A stretch of DNA of 48,622 nucleotides from Candidatus Staskawiczbacteria bacterium RIFCSPHIGHO2_02_FULL_43_16 (GCA_001821935.1 MHOU01000010.1:45157-93778); one strand, 5' to 3'. Positions 23,560-33,037 are shown, numbered from the stretch's first letter. The notes: generated by a model not told the origin, from the letters alone. Numbers and translations: made by a program.

Positions 23560-23834
23560 CTAGGGCGCCAGTTCATATTATAACTTATGGTAGCGAGTAA
23601 ATTCGGGCAAGATTCAAGGCGCAACGAGGAAACGTATCCTCTGCGATACGTTGACGAAGTTGCAACGATGAAGCTTGCCCGAATTCACTCGCCCAAAGGG
23701 AAACCAAAAAATGGCTGATTTCTTCGTTTTTCCTCGTCGGCGATACACTGCGGTATCGCCTCCTCGGAAGAAACCTTGAAATCATCTCATTTTTTGGCTT
23801 CTACCATAAGTCCTAATATGAACTGGCACCCTAG
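23560..23834. mobile_element. MITE-like structured element, copy 2 (~275 bp; 34-bp TIRs CTAGGGCGCCAGTTCATATTATAACTTATGGTAG)
   Basis: TIRs match with 3-4 mismatches. The core aligns to copy 1 (GGCAAGATTCAAGGCGC, GCAACGATGAAGCTTGCC, CATTTTTTG(A)GCTTCTA). The internal stem shows compensatory changes. Confidence 0.55.
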
Positions 23835-23877
23835 AGCGCGAAAGTTAAATTTTGGCGCTTATCCTAATCTCAATCCC

Positions 23878-24624
23878 ATGGCCAAAGTGAAAGTCTTGGT
23901 GCAAGGGTACACGAATGCGGATTCAAAAGAAGTAATAGGACATGAAAAAACTTGTCCTACTATTACATTAGTGGTGGACAAGGGTATTGTCATGGTGGTG
24001 GATCCGGGGGCCTTGGATAATCAAAAAATCCTGGTTGACGCCCTGGCGCGCGAAGGCTATTTGGTTGACGATGTGAATATAGTTTGCATTACCCATTCCC
24101 ACGCGCACCATTACATGAATGTGGGGATGTTTCAAAAAGCCAAAGTGTTGGAGTATTTTGGCCTTTGGACCGGAGGAATGGTTCAAGACTGGCAGGAAAA
24201 TTTCAGTGATGATATCCAGATTTTAAAAACCCCGGGGCATGATTATAGCGGGATTTCGCTTTTTGTAAAAACCCATGAAGGGGTGGTGGCCATTTGTGGA
24301 GATGTGTTTTGGAATGAAGACGGCCCCGAGTTTGATATGTATGCCTCTGACCAGAAGGTATTAAAGCACAGCCGCCAGCTGGTCACACAGATGTCTCATT
24401 GGATTATTCCCGGACACGGGGGCATGTATAAAACGAAGCAGTTGTCTTCAATCCCACCAAGCGGGGCGGCCAAATCGGAAGCGTCAGTAGCGGGAAGCTG
24501 CAAAAAGTGCCACCGGCTGTTTAAAAAAATAACCGATAAATGCATTTGCCAGGATTGGTTATGTTATCACTGCTGCGAATGCGAAGCCGACTGCAAGGTG
24601 TGCAATTGCAAGGTAAGAAGGTAG
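23878..24624 (+). CDS. MBL-fold metallo-hydrolase with a C-terminal cysteine-rich tail
   Basis: ITHSHAHHY metal-binding motif. The last 45 aa carry 12 Cys (CKKCHRLFKKITDKCICQDWLCYHCCECEADCKVCNCKV). The upstream part of the tracked ORF lies inside MITE copy 2, so the ATG at 23878 is preferred. Confidence 0.6.
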   Translation: MAKVKVLVQGYTNADSKEVIGHEKTCPTITLVVDKGIVMVVDPGALDNQKILVDALAREGYLVDDVNIVCITHSHAHHYMNVGMFQKAKVLEYFGLWTGGMVQDWQENFSDDIQILKTPGHDYSGISLFVKTHEGVVAICGDVFWNEDGPEFDMYASDQKVLKHSRQLVTQMSHWIIPGHGGMYKTKQLSSIPPSGAAKSEASVAGSCKKCHRLFKKITDKCICQDWLCYHCCECEADCKVCNCKVRR

Positions 24625-24630
24625 TTTATT

Positions 24631-24712
24631 GGGGTCTAGCGTCTAGGGTATAGGGTATAGTAAAACGGCGTACGTCGTGACTAGCCCCTAGCCCCTATCC
24701 CCTAAACCCTCA
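24631..24712. repeat. Heptamer-array palindrome: GGGTCTA/GCGTCTA/GGGTATA/GGGTATA ... CTAGCCC/CTAGCCC/CTATCCC/CTAAACC
   Basis: Same architecture as 14178..14262. Lies between the MBL gene and the DUF167 gene. Confidence 0.6.
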
Positions 24713-24715
24713 AGA

Positions 24716-24937
24716 ATGAAGATCATTATCAAAGCCAAGCCGGGTTCAAGAGAAGACAAGATAGAAAAAGTAGATGAAGCTAATTACATTGTTTATGTGA
24801 CGGCTCCGCCCATTGACGGCAAGGCCAACGCGGCTATTATTAAGTTACTGGCGGCGCATTTTGACGTGAGCCAATCGTTGATAGAAATCATTTCCGGCCA
24901 CATGGCGCGGGTGAAAGTAGTAGAAATAAATAACTAA
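24716..24937 (+). CDS. DUF167/YggU family protein
   Basis: 73 aa. KPGSREDKI...VTAPPIDGKANAAIIKLLA...ISGHMARVKVVEI matches the UPF0235 pattern. Confidence 0.6.
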   Translation: MKIIIKAKPGSREDKIEKVDEANYIVYVTAPPIDGKANAAIIKLLAAHFDVSQSLIEIISGHMARVKVVEINN

Positions 24938-25008
24938 GGGAGGAAGGGTGTAGTAAAATCAGGGTTAACAGCCTTGATTTTTTTTGCGCTCAGAGTACAA
25001 TACTGGTA

Positions 25009-26427
25009 ATGAAATCTAAAAAAGTGAAGAAAAGTAAGAAGGTTAGGAAAACGCCAAAGTTGCGAAAGAAAGTTTTGATTAAGAAAAAAATAACCAAGGT
25101 TAAGGAATTTTCTTCACAAGAGTTTTTTAAGGCGAAAATCCGGGTGATTGGTATTGGCGGTGGGGGCGGATCTATTGTTTCTGAAATCGGCCGGTCTTTG
25201 GGCAAAGCATCGTTTGTTATTGCTGATACGGATGTGCGGGCTTTTAAAAAGAGGGGCGGCATTAAACAATTTTTGTTCGGGCAGGAAATGACCCACGGCC
25301 TAGGAACTGGCTTGAATATTGACTTGGCAAAAGCGGCTGCCGAAAGTGAAAAAGAAAAAATCACCAAATTATTTGAAGGCCAAGACATTGTTATTTTTAT
25401 CGCCTGCTTGGGCGGGGGGCTGGGATCGGGCGCCAGCCAGGTGTTTGCTAAAATTGCCAAAGATTTTGGCGGAATTTCTTTTGGTATTTTCACCCTGCCG
25501 TTTAAGTTTGAAGGAAAAAACAAATTAGCCATCGCCCAAAAGGCGCTGCGCGAATTGCGGGCATCTTTGAATGTGTCCATCACCATTCCCAATGAGCGGA
25601 TTTTTAAGGTTATTGAAGCCAATACCGCCATCACCGATGCCTTTTCCATGGTCAATAAAAGTTTGATAGAAAGCCTGGAAAGCCTCATAGATTTGATTTA
25701 CAGCCCAGGTGTTATTAATATTGATTTTGCGGATTTGAAGGCCATTTTGCAAGGCACGGGAAACCTGGCATTTTTAAATACGGTTGAGGCTTCGGGTAAA
25801 GACCGGGCCGAAAAAATCGTGGAGGCGGTGCTCAGCAATCCCCTGTACCAAAACAATAATTTCACTGTCCAAAAAGTGTTGTTTAACATTGCCAGTTCCG
25901 GGAATGTAAGCATGTTTGAGGTGGATAAAATAAGCCGGGCCATCGGGGCGCATCACGAAGGTGCCAAAACCATTTTCGGCATTTCCAAAGAAGCAAGCTT
26001 GAAGCAGAAGATAAAGACAACGTTGCTGATGACGGGGCCAAGCGCCGGAGCGCCGGCGCCGCAGAAACCCGCGGAAATTAACGCAAAACCACGCAGGAAA
26101 CAAACTAAGAAAAAAACAAAAAAAGTAGCGGCTAAGGTTGTCAAGAAAGCGCTCAAAAAGTTAAAGAAGAAAAAAATCATACCCAAAAAACAAGAAAAGA
26201 CGCGGGCAGTTGAAGGACAGATGGTGCCGGTATTTGCCCCCTCACTGGTGCCGGAAAGCGCCGCCAAGCTGGTGGCCATTGAAGAATTAGAAAAAAAGGC
26301 CATTCGCCGCAACGCCTTGGAAATTAAGGAAGCCGAGGCTCTGGAAGAACAAAAAAAATCCCAGCAGGAAAAAGAGTGGGAAATACCGGCCTTTTTACGC
26401 AAAATCAAAATTAATAAAGTTAAGTAA
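25009..26427 (+). CDS. ftsZ: Cell division GTPase FtsZ, divergent, with polybasic N- and C-terminal extensions
   Basis: GIGGGGGS nucleotide-binding loop. GGGLGSG replaces the GGGTGTG signature. T7 loop NIDFADL. ~40-aa KK-rich N-terminal extension and ~120-aa K-rich C-terminal extension. Confidence 0.8.
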   Translation: MKSKKVKKSKKVRKTPKLRKKVLIKKKITKVKEFSSQEFFKAKIRVIGIGGGGGSIVSEIGRSLGKASFVIADTDVRAFKKRGGIKQFLFGQEMTHGLGTGLNIDLAKAAAESEKEKITKLFEGQDIVIFIACLGGGLGSGASQVFAKIAKDFGGISFGIFTLPFKFEGKNKLAIAQKALRELRASLNVSITIPNERIFKVIEANTAITDAFSMVNKSLIESLESLIDLIYSPGVINIDFADLKAILQGTGNLAFLNTVEASGKDRAEKIVEAVLSNPLYQNNNFTVQKVLFNIASSGNVSMFEVDKISRAIGAHHEGAKTIFGISKEASLKQKIKTTLLMTGPSAGAPAPQKPAEINAKPRRKQTKKKTKKVAAKVVKKALKKLKKKKIIPKKQEKTRAVEGQMVPVFAPSLVPESAAKLVAIEELEKKAIRRNALEIKEAEALEEQKKSQQEKEWEIPAFLRKIKINKVK

Positions 26428-27311
26428 TGGATACTCAAGAAATCAAAAAAGTCATCATTCCTATCGCGGGCCTGGGGACCCGGTTTTTACCCCTGTCTTT
26501 GGCTATTTCCAAAGAGTTTTTCCCGTTGGTGGACAGGCCTATTATCCAGTACGTTATTGAAGAGGCTAAAAAATCCGGCATCACGGAAATCATTTTTGTG
26601 GTCAGCCCCAAGCAAAAAATGATTCTAAATTACTTGAAAAAAGACCCGGAATTGGAAAAATTATTGGTAAAACGGAAAAAAGACCAGCAATTAAAAGAAT
26701 TGAAAGAATTTGAAGCGGTCCTTGATGGTATTTCCTTTTCTTTTGTTAGCCAGAAAACTCCGCTGGGCGATGGGCACTCCATTTTGCAGGCCGTAAAATT
26801 GGCCGCCGGCCAGCCGGTTGCCGTTTCCTTTGGCGATGACGTGGTTGATGCCGCTGAACCGGCACTGCTTCAATTAATGAACATTTTTAAAACCACCAAT
26901 GCGCCGGTGATTGCATTAAAATCACTGCCTAAAGACAGCATTCCGGCCTATGGCAATGTGGCGGTGGAAAAAATTGCCAGCAATTTGTATAAAATTAAAA
27001 AGATTACTGAAAAGCCGCGGCCAGACCAGATCCAGTCAAACTTGGTGGTGGTGGGCAAATATATTTTAACTCCGGAAGTATTTGAATATCTAAAAAAGAC
27101 CCGGCCCTCCCAAAAAGGAGAAATCATTTTGGGCGAAGCATTTTCAAAAATGCTGGACGACGGCTTGCCCATTTATGGTTGTGAAATAAAAGGGGAGTGG
27201 TTGGAATGTGGCGACAAGCTAAAATGGTTAAAGTCATTTATTTACATGGCGTTGAAGGACGAGCGGTTTGGCAAAGAGTTGAAAGAATACTTGAAAAACA
27301 TGAAATTTTAG
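26427..27311 (+). CDS. galU: UTP--glucose-1-phosphate uridylyltransferase
   Basis: VIIPIAGLGTRFLPLSLAISKEFFPLVDRPIIQY N-terminal nucleotidyltransferase motif. Confidence 0.85.
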   Translation: MDTQEIKKVIIPIAGLGTRFLPLSLAISKEFFPLVDRPIIQYVIEEAKKSGITEIIFVVSPKQKMILNYLKKDPELEKLLVKRKKDQQLKELKEFEAVLDGISFSFVSQKTPLGDGHSILQAVKLAAGQPVAVSFGDDVVDAAEPALLQLMNIFKTTNAPVIALKSLPKDSIPAYGNVAVEKIASNLYKIKKITEKPRPDQIQSNLVVVGKYILTPEVFEYLKKTRPSQKGEIILGEAFSKMLDDGLPIYGCEIKGEWLECGDKLKWLKSFIYMALKDERFGKELKEYLKNMKF

Positions 27312-27321
27312 GGTGGGGGGC

Positions 27322-27350
27322 TTGACAGGGTTTCATGGGGGTGCTATGAT
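27322..27350 (+). promoter_or_regulatory. Promoter TTGACA-N17-TATGAT heading a ~320-nt ORF-less region
   Basis: Consensus spacing. See the candidate ncRNA at 27352..27676. Confidence 0.45.
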
Positions 27351-27351
27351 A

Positions 27352-27676
27352 TGAACATAAGCACATTTTAGGGTTATTGCCTCGGAACACGTACTTGTAT
27401 CTTATCAAAAGGCGTGATAGGGTCTGAGTACGTGTTTCGAGGACTGATTTGATTTGTTGGTATTTGTTGATTTGGTTTGTTGATATTTGGTAAGGATTGG
27501 TGGGCTCCAGACATCATCGCCGCGACCGCTTCTACGAGAACCGCCGCCGCACCGTCTCGCACCCGCCGATTCCATATGGGACATAGTGTTTTGCATCACA
27601 TGAAGTATGCAACGCGCTCTTGCGCAAACTTGTCCCAAGGGGTAGATTGCTTAACCGCATCTGCCCCATTTTTATT
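27352..27676 (+). ncRNA. Candidate structured ncRNA, unknown class, bounded by a promoter and a terminator
   Basis: 16-bp stem CCTCGGAACACGTACT/AGTACGTGTTTCGAGG. (TTTGTTGAT/TTTGG) tandem repeats. A GC-rich tract. Terminal GGGGTAGA-N-TCTGCCCC hairpin followed by ATTTTTATT. Only short mutually overlapping ORFs. Confidence 0.3.
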
Positions 27677-27840
27677 GCACAAAAACTTTTCATTTTTTTG
27701 GTATTAGTGTAAAATGGATAAGATAGATAATATATGCAAAGCATATAATCAATCGTGCGGTCGGCATCCAAAACTGTTTGCATAAAAATTAAAATCCGTT
27801 TTAATTTTTATGCTTCCAGTCTCGCCTGCCTCCCTTACTC

Positions 27841-28851
27841 ATGATTATGAAAACTGCGTTTTTTGAAGTGAAAGAGTGGGAAAAGGAATATTTACAAAAT
27901 CATTTCAGCCCGGCTGAGGCGGTTTTTTTTGCCGAAAAACTTTCGGTTGAAAATGCGGCTTTGGCCAAAGATTGCCGGATTGTTTCCGTGTTTGTGGATT
28001 CCGCCGTTGATGCCCATGTGTTGGCGGCGCTGGCGGATCTGAAAATGGTGGCGGTGCGGGCCACCGGTTATGACAATGTTGACGTGGCTTATTGTAAAGA
28101 AAAGGGGATTACGGTTTGTAATGTGCCGTTTTACGGCGAAAACACGGTAGCGGAACACACCTTTGGTTTGATTTTGGCCCTTTCGCGCAAAATGTACCAA
28201 TCGGTTGATAAGGTGAAAGAAGAGGGTTTTGCGGTTGCCATTGACGAATTCCGCGGGTTTGACCTGAAAGGAAAAGTCTTGGGCGTGGTGGGCATGGGCC
28301 ACATTGGCCAGCACGTGGCGCGCATGGCGCAGGGTTTTGAAATGAAGGTGGTGGCCTTTGATGCCCATGAAGATAAAAAATTGGCCAAAAAATTGGGGTT
28401 TGTTTATGTGAGCCTGGAAGAATTATTAAAGTCTGCGGACATTATCACTTTGCATGTACCCTATAATGAACACACACGCCACTTAATCAATTCGCAAAAT
28501 ATCCACATTATTAAAAAGGGGGCGTATATCATCAACACCGCCCGCGGGGGCATTATTGAAACCGCGGCGTTGGTTGAGGCGTTGGCGGAAGGAATTATTG
28601 TCGGCGCGGGGCTGGATGTGTTGGAAGAAGAAGCGTTTATCAAAGAAGAAGCCCACTTACTTTCAAAAAATTATTCCCAAAAGAGCGATATGAAAACCAT
28701 GCTCCAAAACCACATTTTAATGGACCGCAAAAATGTAATTATTACCCCGCACAATGCTTTTAATTCAACGGAAGCCCTGGAAAGGATACTTGAGACTACC
28801 GTGGAGAATGTTAAATCATTCATAGAAGGAAAATCTGTTAATGTGGTATGA
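27841..28851 (+). CDS. D-isomer-specific 2-hydroxyacid dehydrogenase (D-lactate dehydrogenase-like)
   Basis: GVVGMGHIGQHVARMA NAD-binding GxGxxG motif and catalytic-domain layout. Confidence 0.8.
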   Translation: MIMKTAFFEVKEWEKEYLQNHFSPAEAVFFAEKLSVENAALAKDCRIVSVFVDSAVDAHVLAALADLKMVAVRATGYDNVDVAYCKEKGITVCNVPFYGENTVAEHTFGLILALSRKMYQSVDKVKEEGFAVAIDEFRGFDLKGKVLGVVGMGHIGQHVARMAQGFEMKVVAFDAHEDKKLAKKLGFVYVSLEELLKSADIITLHVPYNEHTRHLINSQNIHIIKKGAYIINTARGGIIETAALVEALAEGIIVGAGLDVLEEEAFIKEEAHLLSKNYSQKSDMKTMLQNHILMDRKNVIITPHNAFNSTEALERILETTVENVKSFIEGKSVNVV

Positions 28852-28972
28852 GAATGTAAAATGCAAATATCAAAATGGAAAATGACAGTTCAAAATTCAA
28901 AATGATTCGGTTGTAAAGTTTTACATTTTACATTGTCACTTTCCATTTTGATTTTTAAACTTTAAATTATTT

Positions 28973-29911
28973 ATGTACGATCTCATCATCATTGGCGCGG
29001 GGCCGGCCGGAGTGGCAGCCGGGATTTATGCAGTGCGTCAGCAGCTAAGCATTTTGGTTATTTCAAAAGATATTGGCGGACAAGTGGCAAAAAAAGCCGT
29101 GGATATTGAAAATTATCCGGGATTTGAAAAAATTTCCGGGCCGGATTTGGTTGAACTATATAAAAAGCAGATTAAAGCCAACGAGTTGGAGGTTATTACA
29201 AATGAAGAGGTAGTCAGTGTTGAAGTAAAAGGTGAAAGAGAAAAGGTGAAAGGAAACTTTTTGGTAAAAACAAAATCAGGGAAAATGTATGAATCAATAG
29301 CGGTTATCAATACTTCCGGGGCGGAATCAAAATTAATTAATGTGCCGGGCGAGGAGGAATTTTCCGGAAAGGGCGTAAGTTATTGTTCATTGTGCGACGG
29401 GCCGGTATTTAAAAATAAAATTGTGGCCGTGGTGGGCGGGGGTAATAACGGTTTTGAGTCGGCGTTATTTTTATCAAACTATGTGCCTAAAATTTATATT
29501 TTAGAGTATAACGATAAAGTAAACGCCGATGCTGAAAACCAAGAATTAGTTGCTAAAAATCCGAATATTGAAATTATTACTAATGCACAAGTGGCCAGAA
29601 TTGAAGGGAAAGTGTTTGTAAATGCCATTGTTTATAAAGATAGAGTTTCGGGTGAGGAAAAAAAACTGAATGTGGCAGGCGTGTTTGTAGAAATTGGTTA
29701 CAGCCCGGCTACTTCATTTTTGAACGGTTTGGTTGAGCTGAACGAAAAACAGGAAGTGATATTTAATCCGGAAACGTTAGAAACAAAAACCCCCGGCCTT
29801 TTTTCAGCAGGGGATTGCAACGTCAGCCGGTACAAACAAATTGTCATGGCCTCCGGCGAAGGCGCCAAAGCGGCACTTTCGGCTTACAACTATATCAAGA
29901 AAAATAAATAA
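28973..29911 (+). CDS. trxB: Thioredoxin-disulfide reductase
   Basis: FAD motif IIGAGPAG. Redox-active CSLCDG. NADPH site GGGNNG. Confidence 0.8.
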   Translation: MYDLIIIGAGPAGVAAGIYAVRQQLSILVISKDIGGQVAKKAVDIENYPGFEKISGPDLVELYKKQIKANELEVITNEEVVSVEVKGEREKVKGNFLVKTKSGKMYESIAVINTSGAESKLINVPGEEEFSGKGVSYCSLCDGPVFKNKIVAVVGGGNNGFESALFLSNYVPKIYILEYNDKVNADAENQELVAKNPNIEIITNAQVARIEGKVFVNAIVYKDRVSGEEKKLNVAGVFVEIGYSPATSFLNGLVELNEKQEVIFNPETLETKTPGLFSAGDCNVSRYKQIVMASGEGAKAALSAYNYIKKNK

Positions 29912-30055
29912 GGGAGCCGTAGCGAACACTTATACCCGACCTTGAATGCCGAAGACAATAAATAAAAGGGTATAAAAAATCCCCGAGTCGTGATATACGC
30001 TCGGGGGCTTGAGAGTGGTTATTGCCACTCACTTCTTGGGATAAAGCCATTGTTC

Positions 30056-30205
30056 CTACCTTCTTTTTCTCATACATTCTGTGCATAGGTAATGATTCTC
30101 TGAAGCATCTCTGGAGCAGGCTACGCATTTTCTGGGCGAAAGGAAGTAGGATAGAACTACCCAAACAGCCAATATAATCCACACCATCAAGCATGTCCAT
30201 TCCAT
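30056..30205 (-). CDS. Small membrane-anchored zinc-ribbon protein (49 aa: MEWTCLMVWIILAVWVVLSYFLSPRKCVACSRDASENHYLCTECMRKRR)
   Basis: Hand-translated. AGAGGA SD 7 nt upstream of the ATG. One TM helix, then a CxxC-N12-CxxC motif. It overlaps the longer tracked ORF 29895..30200, which is out of frame with this SD. Confidence 0.4.
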   Translation of the reverse strand: MEWTCLMVWIILAVWVVLSYFLSPRKCVACSRDASENHYLCTECMRKRR

Positions 30206-30344
30206 GATATTTCCTCTTGGTAAGGGTTCAAAACATCTTCGGTACTTGTAGTAGATATTACTATTAATTAGTAAAATGTCAATAGTTGAGTGAATCTGTC
30301 AAGTTTGGTACACTTCATATATTAAAAATGAATATTGAGGAAAA

Positions 30345-31571
30345 ATGTCAAAGATAACAGAAATTATTGCGAAAGAAATTAAAGATTCGCGCGGGAAACC
30401 GACCGTAGAGGTGCATTTAACTACCAAAGATGGGACATTTGTGGCTAGTTGCCCTTCAGGGGCTTCAACGGGAATTCATGAGGCTTTGGAATTGCGCGAT
30501 GATGATGGGCGGGGAGTTAGCAAGGCTATTGCCAATGTCAATGAAATTATTGCGCCAAAGTTAATTGGCAAAGACCCCAGCAACCAGAAAGAATTAGATG
30601 AATTGATGTTGGCGCTTGACGGCACGCCTAATAAATCAAAGTTAGGAGCCAATGCAATACTTCCTGTATCGATGGCTGTTTGTAGATCCGGCGCCGCAGC
30701 GAAGAAAATATCGCTCTATCAGCATTTGGCTGATATTGCGGGATTTAAGATTCAAGATTTAGGATTTAAGATGCCTTTGCCAAGCTTTAACATTTTAAAC
30801 GGCGGGGCGCATGCTAAAAATGAATTGGAATTGCAAGAGTTTATGGTGGTGCCCATGAAAAAAACCTTTCAGGAAAATTTGGTGCTGGGAAGCGAAGTGT
30901 TTAATAAATTAACAGAACTGTTAAAACAAACTCCTGCTGGCGTGCCGGAAATGGGTGACGAAGGGGGATATGCTCCGCAAATTGCCACGGCTGAACAGGC
31001 GTTGATGCTGATTAAAAGCGCTATTGGTGACCACAAAGATGTAAAAATTGCACTGGACTGCGCCGCTTCGGAATTTTACCGTGATGGAAAATATGAAGTG
31101 GAAGAAGGAAAAGCCTTGAGCCGCAATGAAATGATTGATTTTTACAAAGATATTGTAGTGCGCTATCCGATTGTTTCTATTGAAGATGCCTTTGCCGAAG
31201 AAGATTGGAATGGATTCCAGGAAATCCGCAAAGCGTTGCCCGAAACCATTATTATTGGTGACGATTTGACGACAACCAATGTGATAAAAATTAAGGAAGC
31301 GGAAAGCAAAAAAGCCTGCAATGGCATTATTATCAAGGTCAACCAAATTGGCACGGTTTCTGAAACCATTGACGCGGTAAAACTGGCGCAAAGCTATGGT
31401 TGGAAAATTATGGTCAGCCACAGAAGCGGAGAAACCATGGACAGCTTTATTGCAGACTTGGCGGTTGGCGTTGGCGCAGACTTTATCAAATCAGGGGCAT
31501 ACACCAAAGACGTGCGCATTGTAAAATATGATAGGCTTTTGGCGATTGAACAGGAGTTAAATAAGAAATAA
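30345..31571 (+). CDS. eno: Enolase
   Basis: 408 aa. Canonical enolase N-terminus and SHRSGETED-type motif (SHRSGETMDS). Confidence 0.95.
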   Translation: MSKITEIIAKEIKDSRGKPTVEVHLTTKDGTFVASCPSGASTGIHEALELRDDDGRGVSKAIANVNEIIAPKLIGKDPSNQKELDELMLALDGTPNKSKLGANAILPVSMAVCRSGAAAKKISLYQHLADIAGFKIQDLGFKMPLPSFNILNGGAHAKNELELQEFMVVPMKKTFQENLVLGSEVFNKLTELLKQTPAGVPEMGDEGGYAPQIATAEQALMLIKSAIGDHKDVKIALDCAASEFYRDGKYEVEEGKALSRNEMIDFYKDIVVRYPIVSIEDAFAEEDWNGFQEIRKALPETIIIGDDLTTTNVIKIKEAESKKACNGIIIKVNQIGTVSETIDAVKLAQSYGWKIMVSHRSGETMDSFIADLAVGVGADFIKSGAYTKDVRIVKYDRLLAIEQELNKK

Positions 31572-31617
31572 AAAACGACCCCGGGTTTTGGAGTCGCCAT
31601 GCAGTAGTCGGGGGGTA

Positions 31618-31854
31618 TTATGGTTTAAGACTGACTTTTACGAACTTTTTTGCGGGATCGTAATCAAGAAGAGTAATTTTCGCAAGGAAAACCAACTCTT
31701 CAATCTCTTTTCCGCCAAGTGCCCAGTACACTTCATATATGCCCGCAAGCAGATTATCGGATGTGCCGACCGGAAGTGTTCCGATGCCAACGATTTCGAT
31801 GGTGGTATCATGTGGGCAAGGGATTTCCATTAGATTGATTTTATTCAAATCCAT
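31618..31854 (-). CDS. Hypothetical small protein (78 aa from the internal ATG; the tracked ORF starts at a GTG at 31896)
   Basis: AGGA-containing SD ~10 nt upstream of the ATG at 31854. No domain recognised. Confidence 0.35.
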   Translation of the reverse strand: MDLNKINLMEIPCPHDTTIEIVGIGTLPVGTSDNLLAGIYEVYWALGGKEIEELVFLAKITLLDYDPAKKFVKVSLKP

Positions 31855-31973
31855 AGTAGTTTTTCCTTTCAATGAGCGAATGATGGGTAATTTCACTAAC
31901 CATTATATTATATTAAAATTTAATTTTGTCAAATAACCCCAGTCCTGTAGTCCGAACCACAGGACTAAAATAA

Positions 31974-32327
31974 ATGACAGTCTTTCACCTAAATAAACTG
32001 CCAAAAGAAAAACGCATCCAGATGATTGGCGAGTTTTACGATATGGTGGATTCGCTAAAAGACAGAAATGAAGTGCGGTTATTTTTTAAGAGTCTTTTGA
32101 GTGCCGATGAAATAGCTAGTCTTATGAGACGGATAGAAATTGCCATGTTGTTGTCTTCTGGCCAGAAATACGAGGATATTATCAAAACCATGAAAGTGGG
32201 GCGTGATAAAATTTCCAGTGTGCATAAGGCGCTTCTGCAAGATGACAGCGGTTATGCTATAATCGTGGAAAGATTAATTGAAAATCGGAAGAAGTGGGTG
32301 GAAAAAGTGAAAAAGGATAAAAAATAA
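31974..32327 (+). CDS. yerC: TrpR-like YerC/YecD family DNA-binding protein
   Basis: SADEIASLMRRIEIAMLL...ISSVHKALLQDDSGY pattern of the Trp-repressor-related family. Flanked by inverted copies of the 28-nt hairpin repeat. Confidence 0.65.
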   Translation: MTVFHLNKLPKEKRIQMIGEFYDMVDSLKDRNEVRLFFKSLLSADEIASLMRRIEIAMLLSSGQKYEDIIKTMKVGRDKISSVHKALLQDDSGYAIIVERLIENRKKWVEKVKKDKK

Positions 32328-32393
32328 ATGCCAAAGTAACCGTAGTCCCGTGGTTCGGACTACAGGACTAGAATATCATAGTAGAAACTAAGT

Positions 32394-33017
32394 ATGAATT
32401 TAAAAGAAACGTATAATAAAATTTCGGAGGCTTGGCACAAAGATCACTCAAGTGATAATTGGTGGCAAGGTGGCACCGATACATTTGTCTCACTTTTAAA
32501 ACAAGGTGATAGTGTTTTAGATGTTGGCTGTGGCGGTGGTACAAAAAGTAAATATCTTATTGGAAAAGGGTTGAAGGTATTGGGTGTAGATTTTTCAGAA
32601 AATCTTGTTGAAATTGCAAAAAGGGAAGTTCCGCAGGGAAAATTTTTAGTAATGGATGTAGGTAATATTGATACGTTGCCAGAAAGTTTTGACGGGATTT
32701 TTATGCAGGCGGTATTACTGCATATCCCCAAGAAAGAAGCCGAAGGCATTATAAAAAAAGTCGTTCATAAATTACATGTTGGCGGATATTTATACATTGC
32801 CGTTAAAGAGAAGATTGAGGGCGGGGTTGATGAAGAAACAAAAACTGATAATGATTATGGCTATGAGTATGAACGATTTTTCAGCTATTTTACTCTGGAC
32901 GAATTTAAAGAGTATTTTAAAAATACGGGCTTAGAGATGGTGTATGAAAATGTTGAACTGCCAAGCCGGACCGCTCGGAAAAGCAATTGGATGCAGGTGA
33001 TTGGTAAAAAGAAATAA
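32394..33017 (+). CDS. Class I SAM-dependent methyltransferase
   Basis: VLDVGCGGGTKS motif I and downstream motifs. Confidence 0.75.
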   Translation: MNLKETYNKISEAWHKDHSSDNWWQGGTDTFVSLLKQGDSVLDVGCGGGTKSKYLIGKGLKVLGVDFSENLVEIAKREVPQGKFLVMDVGNIDTLPESFDGIFMQAVLLHIPKKEAEGIIKKVVHKLHVGGYLYIAVKEKIEGGVDEETKTDNDYGYEYERFFSYFTLDEFKEYFKNTGLEMVYENVELPSRTARKSNWMQVIGKKK

Positions 33018-33037
33018 AAATTAAATAGAATACTTAT

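Noticed and set aside
29895-30200. Tracked 101-aa minus-strand ORF
   Set aside because: No ribosome-binding site. The neighbouring frame has an AGAGGA SD and encodes a coherent TM + zinc-ribbon peptide (30056..30205).
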